Shown here: in pieces, positions 57,024-64,000 of the stretch
Numbering within the stretch: position 1 is the stretch's first letter
Layout of the letters: the number at the start of each line of letters is the position of its first letter
Source of the DNA: an uncultured Gammaproteobacteria bacterium
GTDB taxonomy: Bacteria > Patescibacteriota > Microgenomatia > 0-14-0-10-38-17
Direction of reading: 5' to 3'
NCBI GenBank assembly: GCA_964348895.1
Contig: CAYGEH010000001.1
Coordinates: 110,593-174,592, forward strand
DNA length: 64,000 nt
Notes under the pieces: model-generated
The model's input: the letters and a program-made list of their open reading frames with translations, nothing else
Told to the model about the DNA's origin: nothing
The model's database searches: none
Translations under genes and position numbers: made by a program

Positions 57024-60000
57024 CTATTCTGTTTCTGGATGGCTTGCTTTCTCTTCTTCTTTTTCTTGTGCTTGAGTTTTTGGGAAAACAACCTCTTCTG
57101 TTTCTTGGGTTTTTTCTTCTGTTTCCAACCCTTCTTTAATTGTTCCCTCTGGAGTCACCGCTAGTCCTAAGCTTTTCAACTCAGAAACCAAAACTTTAAA
57201 TGACTCTGGAATTTGCGACTGGGGAATTTGAGTTCCCTTAACAATCGCCTCAAAAGCCTTAGCTCGACCAACAACGTCATCGCTTTTAATAGTCAAAACC
57301 TCCTGAAGAGTATGGGCGGCTTGATGAGCTTCCAATCCCCAAACCTCCATCTCTCCAAATCGCTGCCCCCCCATTTGTGCTTTTCCGCCCAGAGGCTGTT
57401 GAGTTACCAAAGAATAAGGGCCAATCGATCGAGAATGAATTTTATCTTCAACCATATGAACTAGCTTTAAAATATAAGCATTACCAACCACCGCTTTTTC
57501 TCCATAAGGATCTCCTGTCCGTCCATCATAAAGAACTAGCTTATAATCGCTTGGAAGACCAGCTTTCTTAAATTCTTGAGCCATAAAATTTTCATCAAAT
57601 TTTTCAAATACTGGTATCGCCACTCGATAACCCAGTCTATGGGCCGCTAGTCCTAAATGAGCTTCTAAAAGCTGTCCCAAATTCATTCTTGATAAAACCG
57701 ACAAAGGAGAAATGATTAGATCTACTGGTGTACCATCATCCAAGAAGGGCATATCCGCTTCGGAAACAATTTTAGAAATAATTCCCTTATTGCCGTGGCG
57801 ACCAGATAATTTGTCGCCAACTTTAATTTTTCTCATTTGAGCCACTCTGACTACAACCTTTTTGCTAATACCAGAGGACAATTCTTCGTCCTTTTCTCGA
57901 TCTAAAACTTGAACATCAATTACCACTCCTTCAACTCCATGGGGCAACCTCAAGGAGGTATCTCTAACTTCTCGGGCTTTTTCTCCAAAAATGGCCCTAA
58001 GCAATCTTTCCTCGGCTGTTAATTCGGTTTCTCCCTTGGGGGCAATTTTTCCAACCAAAATATCATTAGCTCTAACACGAGAACCAACTACCACTACACC
58101 GTCTTCGCCTAATTTAGCCAACTCCTCTTCGGCAACATTGGGGATGTCGGCAGTTAGCTCTTCTGGTCCCAGTTTGGTATCAGCCACTTCAGCAATATAT
58201 TCATTAACAGTAATTGAAGTTAAAAGATCCTCTTTTACTATTCTGTCTGAAATAACAATACCGTCCTCATAGCCCAAACCTTCAAAAGAACAGTAAGCAA
58301 TTGTTAGGTTTTTTCCTAAGGCTAGTTCTCCGCCATCACAGGAGGGACCATCAACAATCAAGTCTCCCTCTTTAACTTTGTCGCCAACATTAACTGCTGG
58401 TTTTTGAGAATAGCAAGTCCCATAGGGAGATGTTCTAATAAACTTATTAACAAAATAGGTTTCTTTCCCTTGAGCAATTTCAACATTATCATCAAACAAG
58501 TCTTCTTTTTCGATTTGCTTGGGGTTATCAATTTTGACCACTACTTGAGTAGCGTCAACATAAATTACTTGACCGCTATGGCGAGCCCTTATTGTTCGAC
58601 CTAGGGCTTGGGGGATAACTGCTTCCATTCCCGTTCCCACTAGAGGAGCATCTGGTTTTACTAAGGGAACCGCCTGACACTCCATGTGAGAACCCATTAA
58701 GGCCCTAGACGGTTCATCGTGGTCTAGAAAGGGAATCAAAGAAGCCGAAGCGCCGACAATCTGTCTAGGGCAAATATCAATTAACTGAACTTGATCAACT
58801 GCCACATCCAAAAATTCACCTCGATAACGAGCTGGGACTAATTGATCGACAATATAACCCTTATCGTCAAGGTTAACGTCATTGGCAGTAATATAGTGCT
58901 CTTCTTCGTCGTCAGCTGGCAAATAAACAATTTCATCGGTTACTTTCATTCTAGTTTTCTCACCACGAATCTCTTTGGCAACTTTCTTATATGGTGTTTC
59001 TAAAAAGCCATATTCGTTAACCCGAGCATAAAGAGCCAAATAAGTGACTAAACCAATGTTTTGCCCTTCTGGGCTTCGAACCGGACAAACTCTTCCATAT
59101 TGAGAAGCAGAGACATCACGGATAGAAAAAGGGGCTCTTTCTCTTGTTAGTCCTCCTGGACCCATTACAGATAGCCGACGTAAATTGTCTAACTCCGACA
59201 AAGGGTTTGTTTGGTCAAGAATAGTAGAAAGCCTATTGGTGCGAAAAAATTCATTAATAGCGGCAATAATTGGTTGACTATTAATTAACGCCGACAGATT
59301 AACATCTTGGTCTCGAGAAAGCAAAACCATTCGATCTCTAATCATTCTTTCAAAACGAGACAGACCCACTCTAAAGGGTACTTGAGAAATTAATTCTCCA
59401 ACACAGCGCAAATGTCGATTTGATAAGTGATCAATGTCGTCAATTTTTCCTTCTCCTCCCATCAAGCCAATCAGGTAGGCTAGGGTGGCAACAAAATCTC
59501 CTTTCTTTAAAACCAGCCCGGTGGAGTCATTTTTAACTTTCAGTCCCAATCTTTTGTTAATTTTATAACGACCAACCGCACTTAGATTATAGCGACGAGG
59601 ATTGAAAAAGGCGTCTTGAAAAAACTCTTCAGCGTTTTCAATAACAGCAGGTTCTCCAGGACGCATTTTCTGATAAATTTCAATTAGGGCTTCTTGGCGT
59701 GTTTCTGCGATATCAGCTTCAAGAGTGGGCATAATCATCTTTCCAAACCGATCAGCAATTTCCTTACTAGTCATCCCCAGGGCCTTAAAAAGAATTGTGA
59801 CATTAAATTTGCGTCGTCGATCAACTCGAGCAAAAATGATGTTGTTATTGCTCACCACAAACTCTAACCAAGAACCATAAAGCGGTCTTATTTCTGCTTC
59901 ATAAAGTGTTTTTCCTGTTCGTTTGTCAAGATTTTCGGTGAAATAAACTCCCGGAGCTCTAGTTACCTGAGAAACAATGCAGCGCTCAACACCATTAATA

Positions 60001-60365
60001 ATGAAGGTTCCTCGCTGGGTCATTTGGGGTAAATCAAAAAGAAAAACTCGCTTCTGCCAAGTTTTTCCAGTTTGAAGACTGGTTAGACTAATATCACATT
60101 CAACTGAAACGGCATAAGAAACTCCTCGTCTAATTGCTTCTTGAGAAGTGATATTGGAGGGTAAAAGATGATGATCGCCTAAAATTAACTGCCAGCGTTC
60201 CCCCGTTTGATCTTTAATTGGAGAAATTCCCCCCAATCCCTCGCTAATGCCTTTATCTAAAAACCTCTGCCAGGACTCCTTTTGGACCGCTAAAAGATCC
60301 AATGGGGGTAATTTAGAATATTTCTTGCCTAAAATAATTAGATCTTTTTCTTTACCAGGCTCCAT
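57024..60365 (-). CDS. rpoB: DNA-directed RNA polymerase subunit beta
   Basis: Conserved rifampicin-cluster and catalytic regions (GRHGNKG, MEVWGLEA); 1113 aa. Confidence 0.95.
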   Translation of the reverse strand: MEPGKEKDLIILGKKYSKLPPLDLLAVQKESWQRFLDKGISEGLGGISPIKDQTGERWQLILGDHHLLPSNITSQEAIRRGVSYAVSVECDISLTSLQTGKTWQKRVFLFDLPQMTQRGTFIINGVERCIVSQVTRAPGVYFTENLDKRTGKTLYEAEIRPLYGSWLEFVVSNNNIIFARVDRRRKFNVTILFKALGMTSKEIADRFGKMIMPTLEADIAETRQEALIEIYQKMRPGEPAVIENAEEFFQDAFFNPRRYNLSAVGRYKINKRLGLKVKNDSTGLVLKKGDFVATLAYLIGLMGGEGKIDDIDHLSNRHLRCVGELISQVPFRVGLSRFERMIRDRMVLLSRDQDVNLSALINSQPIIAAINEFFRTNRLSTILDQTNPLSELDNLRRLSVMGPGGLTRERAPFSIRDVSASQYGRVCPVRSPEGQNIGLVTYLALYARVNEYGFLETPYKKVAKEIRGEKTRMKVTDEIVYLPADDEEEHYITANDVNLDDKGYIVDQLVPARYRGEFLDVAVDQVQLIDICPRQIVGASASLIPFLDHDEPSRALMGSHMECQAVPLVKPDAPLVGTGMEAVIPQALGRTIRARHSGQVIYVDATQVVVKIDNPKQIEKEDLFDDNVEIAQGKETYFVNKFIRTSPYGTCYSQKPAVNVGDKVKEGDLIVDGPSCDGGELALGKNLTIAYCSFEGLGYEDGIVISDRIVKEDLLTSITVNEYIAEVADTKLGPEELTADIPNVAEEELAKLGEDGVVVVGSRVRANDILVGKIAPKGETELTAEERLLRAIFGEKAREVRDTSLRLPHGVEGVVIDVQVLDREKDEELSSGISKKVVVRVAQMRKIKVGDKLSGRHGNKGIISKIVSEADMPFLDDGTPVDLIISPLSVLSRMNLGQLLEAHLGLAAHRLGYRVAIPVFEKFDENFMAQEFKKAGLPSDYKLVLYDGRTGDPYGEKAVVGNAYILKLVHMVEDKIHSRSIGPYSLVTQQPLGGKAQMGGQRFGEMEVWGLEAHQAAHTLQEVLTIKSDDVVGRAKAFEAIVKGTQIPQSQIPESFKVLVSELKSLGLAVTPEGTIKEGLETEEKTQETEEVVFPKTQAQEKEEEKASHPETE

Positions 60366-60431
60366 AAAATTAAAATTCCAGACTGCTTTTCTGTCGTTAA
60401 AAAATCACTATCGCCCCTAAAAAAGGCCATT

Positions 60432-60462
60432 AAAAAACCCCCCTTGGCTAGGTGGGGATTTT
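60432..60462 (-). terminator. putative intrinsic terminator downstream of mltG, ~70 nt upstream of rpoB
   Basis: GC stem cccccc/ggtgggg with loop ttggcta. On the minus strand it is followed by tttttt. Confidence 0.4.
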
Positions 60463-60677
60463 AGTCAACTAAAAACTAAAACTAACCCTGACAATCAGAC
60501 TGTTTGAAACCAATAGAGTTTGAATTAATTATTTCTAAAAAGAAGCAATGGCAATAATATAACATAGGCTAAAAAAAAACGCAAGAAAGAGATAAGCACA
60601 TTTTGTTTTTTTGGCTACTTATTGATCAAAACAATTAAGAATTGTAGTAGAAAAACCTCTCTTTGAAATAATTTAAT

Positions 60678-61697
60678 TTATCTTAAATATTGTTCGATGT
60701 TTTGTTCGTGTTCGGCTAGAGTTTTGGCTGGATGCAGTTTACCAGAAAAATCAGAAATATAATACCAGTAAGGGGAGGTTAGAGAAGCGGTAGCTACCGC
60801 TTCAATTGTCTTGGGAGAGGGATTAGAAATTGGTCCTGGGGGAAAAGAATTGTGTTGATAGGTGTTGTAGGGAGATGAAACCGCTCTAATATCTTGGCCG
60901 GTTACCTTGGGCCACCAAATACATTCAGTCGGATAATCGGTTGAACAGCGCTGATTAGCTAAAGCATATTGAACACTAGCGTCTATTTGGAGCGGCCAGC
61001 CATCTCTGAGCCTATTTAATAAAATTCCAGTAACTATCTGCTGATCGGCAAAAGTTTTAACTTCTCTTTCTACTAAAGAAGCCAAGATAATCAGTTGTTC
61101 CTCGTTGAGGTTTCGTTCTTGGGCTTGAGTTAAAATTTCTTCAGAAACTTTTCGTCGATAGTTTCTTTCAATAATTTGCCAAAAAACCTCCCAAGTAGCA
61201 TTTTTGGGTATCAAATAAGAGTCTGGCATCAAATATCCTTCTTTCTCTTGTAAATTTTTAAACCAATCAAGGTTAAAATTGATTAGATTTTCCTTAACAA
61301 CTAAAGCAACCTCTTCTGCTCTAGTTCCAGGAATAATTGTTACCCAAACATCTAGTGGTACTCCTGAGGTTAGGCCTCGAGCCACTTCCCTGGCTTCCAT
61401 TGAGGCCGAAAAACGAAAATCACCAGCTTGGATTTTTTGACTTAAGTCTTGTTGGTAAACCAAAAACATAAACACCCACATATTTCTAATTAAACCCGCC
61501 TGCTCTAATCGATCGGCAATTGACTTTAGGTTTTCTCCAGGGAAAACAACAAAGACTTTTTCCTCTGCCTTAAGTTGACTAGGAGCTCTTAAGTTAAGAA
61601 AATAAAAAAACACCCCTAAAACAGCGGTTGTGATTAGAAATAAAGTTGCTCCTCCCCAAAAAACGAAGCCAAAAAAAGCTCTTTTCTTCTTTACCAT
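60678..61697 (-). CDS. mltG: endolytic murein transglycosylase MltG (YceG-like)
   Basis: N-terminal TM anchor, YceG-like region (VVFPGENLKSIADRLEQAGLI) and a catalytic-Glu segment LASLVEREV. Confidence 0.75.
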   Translation of the reverse strand: MVKKKRAFFGFVFWGGATLFLITTAVLGVFFYFLNLRAPSQLKAEEKVFVVFPGENLKSIADRLEQAGLIRNMWVFMFLVYQQDLSQKIQAGDFRFSASMEAREVARGLTSGVPLDVWVTIIPGTRAEEVALVVKENLINFNLDWFKNLQEKEGYLMPDSYLIPKNATWEVFWQIIERNYRRKVSEEILTQAQERNLNEEQLIILASLVEREVKTFADQQIVTGILLNRLRDGWPLQIDASVQYALANQRCSTDYPTECIWWPKVTGQDIRAVSSPYNTYQHNSFPPGPISNPSPKTIEAVATASLTSPYWYYISDFSGKLHPAKTLAEHEQNIEQYLR

Positions 61698-61708
61698 AAC
61701 AAATTAAT

Positions 61709-61909
61709 CTAAACCTCCTTAAAAAGAGCTCGGCGATATTTCTTGCTTTTAGGGTCGTAAATGAAAATTCTGCCACAGCGACAAGTAATCTTTTCTGTTT
61801 GATTTTCTTTTTCTTCTCGTCCGCCTTTTTCCAAGGGCAGCCCACAGCCGACACACCTGCCTTGAGACAGTAACCAAGCCTGAACTGGAGCGATAACGTT
61901 TTTAAACAT
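61709..61909 (-). CDS. small zinc-ribbon protein (CxxC...CxC), hypothetical
   Basis: 66-aa ORF with CVGCG...CRCG. The overlapping ORF 61594..61854 is judged spurious. Confidence 0.4.
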   Translation of the reverse strand: MFKNVIAPVQAWLLSQGRCVGCGLPLEKGGREEKENQTEKITCRCGRIFIYDPKSKKYRRALFKEV

Positions 61910-61934
61910 GGGTCACCTCCTTATTCAACTAAAA

Positions 61935-62327
61935 CTAATTTCCAACTTCTTTTTTATCACTATCAAAGTAAGCAGCTAAAATTTGAGCGGCAGCCACAGC
62001 ATCAACCTTCTCTCGTCGACTCTTTCTTCTAGCCAAGCTTACGAGCATTGTATCAGCCGCCTCTCTGGTTGTCAAAGACTCGTCTTGAAGAATTATTGGT
62101 ATTTCTAGTCGCTTAGTCAGTTGTTTTTTGAAATTTTTAATTTCTTGCTCTAAGTCTTGACTAAACCCTAAAATGATTTTATCAATCTTTTCTTCAAGGC
62201 AAATTTTTTCGATTTTTGAGAAAATATTTTTATCTTTAAAATAAACCAGTAAAGGAGAGGTTAGTCCTTGTTCTCCTAGGGCCAAACCAATTCTTTTTTT
62301 GCCATAATCAATACCAAGATAGCGCAT
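61935..62327 (-). CDS. ruvX: YqgF/RuvX-like putative pre-16S rRNA nuclease (Holliday-junction-resolvase-like)
   Basis: MRYLGIDYGKKRIGLALGE start and an RNase H-like fold pattern. Confidence 0.85.
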   Translation of the reverse strand: MRYLGIDYGKKRIGLALGEQGLTSPLLVYFKDKNIFSKIEKICLEEKIDKIILGFSQDLEQEIKNFKKQLTKRLEIPIILQDESLTTREAADTMLVSLARRKSRREKVDAVAAAQILAAYFDSDKKEVGN

Positions 62328-62453
62328 TTTTAAAGTTTTTAATTAATTGAAGATAATTCCAGTTTTAGTAAAAAAATTATAAACAAAACTCGGCGAGTAA
62401 CGTCAGGGTGTTTTTTGGTCTAACTCTAGCTTGTTCGTAGTTAGAATTTTAGG

Positions 62454-63188
62454 TCATTGACTTCTTACTAGCCTTGCCCTAACCACCAGTCGACGAAGGT
62501 AAGTTCCAGGAGGAACACAGGTTACTAAAGAAATATAAGAATCATCAAATCTTTGCTCTAAAATAGACAAATCTTCCGGTAAGACTTCCACCATTTCCCC
62601 AACTTGATACCGGTAGCGAACTCCATCAAAGTCAATTAAAATTTCATCACCATATGTTAATGTCGGAAGCAAGGAGAAAATGGTCATATAATCTTCGGGG
62701 TTAAAAAATTGAGGCAAAACCGAGTGTCCAAAAATAACCGCATTGCCAAAATCGCCTGGATAGGCAGTGCCACCATAATGAATTAAGTGTCGGGACAAGT
62801 CTTCGCCCCCAACTCGAACAACGGCATTAAAAATGTTTAAAGAGGGGATTGTTAATCCATAATAATCAACCCGACCCCCAACTCCTCTGTTTGATCCAGC
62901 TGGCAACCAGTTTTTGACTTGAACTAGGCTTTCTTCAGCCCCAGAAACAGAGAAAAGTGACCTTTCTTGGTTTGCTAGGCTATCTCCTAAAACAAGTGAA
63001 TAATATGGCCTAATCAGATTGTTTGCTTGAAACCTTCGCCAAGATTGAAGTTGATATGAGGCAATTGGCCAACCAGCGTAAGACAAAACCAAAAAGCCCA
63101 TTACAAAGATTAAGGCTGGCACCAACCTTAACAGTCGCCAAACGACTCTATTTCTAGATGGTTGTTTTTTAAGATAAAGATAAGACAT
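62454..63188 (-). CDS. sortase family transpeptidase
   Basis: N-terminal TM anchor, catalytic His region (NAVIFGHSV), TLVTC Cys motif and downstream Arg (LRRLVVRARL). Confidence 0.75.
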   Translation of the reverse strand: MSYLYLKKQPSRNRVVWRLLRLVPALIFVMGFLVLSYAGWPIASYQLQSWRRFQANNLIRPYYSLVLGDSLANQERSLFSVSGAEESLVQVKNWLPAGSNRGVGGRVDYYGLTIPSLNIFNAVVRVGGEDLSRHLIHYGGTAYPGDFGNAVIFGHSVLPQFFNPEDYMTIFSLLPTLTYGDEILIDFDGVRYRYQVGEMVEVLPEDLSILEQRFDDSYISLVTCVPPGTYLRRLVVRARLVRSQ

Positions 63189-63307
63189 TTTTTTTATTTG
63201 TCTTTACAAGTTAAACACTTTATAAAAATATTTAAAAAAATTGAAAAATAAAATTTTTGTTAGACCGAAATTTCATTTAGATCTATAGTCCCCAGCCTCC
63301 AAAGTGA

Positions 63308-63928
63308 TTAATTTTCTGTTTTAATTTTAATCGTTATATTTTCGGTTCGACGAGGAAGGGTTAACAAAAAATCAGGCATTGGCGGAGACAGGGTAACTCT
63401 GAAGTCATTAACATTAGGCAGTAAAGAAAGATAGTCCTTAATCGTGTTAATTCTTCTGCCAGCAATTTTTCTCTTCACCTCAGCCTCATCAATATCAGGA
63501 TATAAATTGGTTTCAAAATTCAAATTAAAAAGAATTCCATCCCGCTGTTTTTCAACAAAATCAAAGCTTGCCTGTCTTTCTTCACTTAAAACAAAACCAT
63601 CAGGAACTTGCTGTTTTAACAATTCTCCGATTAAGTTGTTTAAATCTTCCTCTCGATAAGCCAATCCTGACAGGCTTGCTTTTAACGCCAAGGACAAACT
63701 ATCTGTTTCTTCGTTGACTTCATGACTAAACTCTTCTTGAGTTATTTCTACAACAAGGCTTTCTTTAATTAATTTTTCTCCTGAAGCGAACTGTTCAACC
63801 AGCTCTTCTTCTCCTCTGATTTTAGTTTTTGATAACAGGGCTTCTTTTAAATCCTCCCTGTCTTCTTCGGTTACCACTCTCACCTTCCGACTGCTTCCCC
63901 CAGAAAGGTCGTTCTCGTTTCTGGCCAC
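63308..63928 (-). CDS. hypothetical acidic protein
   Basis: 206-aa ORF with no motif, signal peptide or LPXTG. Confidence 0.4.
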   Translation of the reverse strand: MARNENDLSGGSSRKVRVVTEEDREDLKEALLSKTKIRGEEELVEQFASGEKLIKESLVVEITQEEFSHEVNEETDSLSLALKASLSGLAYREEDLNNLIGELLKQQVPDGFVLSEERQASFDFVEKQRDGILFNLNFETNLYPDIDEAEVKRKIAGRRINTIKDYLSLLPNVNDFRVTLSPPMPDFLLTLPRRTENITIKIKTEN

Positions 63929-64000
63929 AAAGTTTTCTTTAATAAAAGAGGCAAGTTCAAATTCTTGACCAGCCGAGAGGTTATAGTCTGGTCCAATTTT

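Noticed and set aside
61594-61854. 86-aa minus ORF overlapping mltG's start and the Zn-ribbon gene
   Set aside because: It sits in a different frame over two better-supported genes, with no distinct features.

Overview
This 64 kb window looks like a low-GC (~33-35%), gene-dense bacterial chromosome, probably a CPR/Patescibacteria-type organism. That placement is inference from several traits: many glycosyltransferases, no L30 gene in the S10-spc cluster, a zinc-type S14, a sortase and small proteins. The layout has four parts. (i) 1-4.5 kb is a higher-GC (~44%) stretch. It starts with tRNA-Pro(GGG), overlapped at its 3' end by a degraded large serine recombinase, and carries an orphan CheD-like deamidase-fold gene. 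It is most simply the remnant of an integrated element. (ii) 4.8-20 kb is a mostly minus-strand cell-envelope glycosylation cluster (GT2, GT39/ArnT-like, GT4, Dpm1-like GT2, flippase, methyltransferase, NYN nuclease, B12-radical SAM). Inside it, a small GIY-YIG (UPF0213-like) gene sits between two perfect 34-bp direct repeats and has split a ~1,300-aa polytopic membrane protein gene into two ORFs. (iii) 20-31.8 kb holds a HIT protein, a VirD4/TraD-like ATPase, a GH5 glycosidase, a processive (QxxRW) GT2, a GT39-like/GH3 fusion, tRNA-Tyr and a DUF4349 protein. A ~0.77 kb strongly GC-rich (~58%) cassette bracketed by ~16-bp inverted repeats interrupts this stretch and encodes a membrane-anchored Ala/Val/Thr-rich protein. 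(iv) 31.9-60.4 kb is the conserved rpsI-rplM-rplQ-rpoA-rpsD-rpsK-rpsM-rpmJ-infA-adk-secY-spc-S10-tuf-fusA-rpsG-rpsL-rpoC-rpoB block, all on the minus strand, followed by mltG, ruvX and a sortase. No rRNA genes or CRISPR arrays were seen. Coordinates follow the ORF track and include the stop codon. All family assignments rest on motifs read from the translations, not on database searches.
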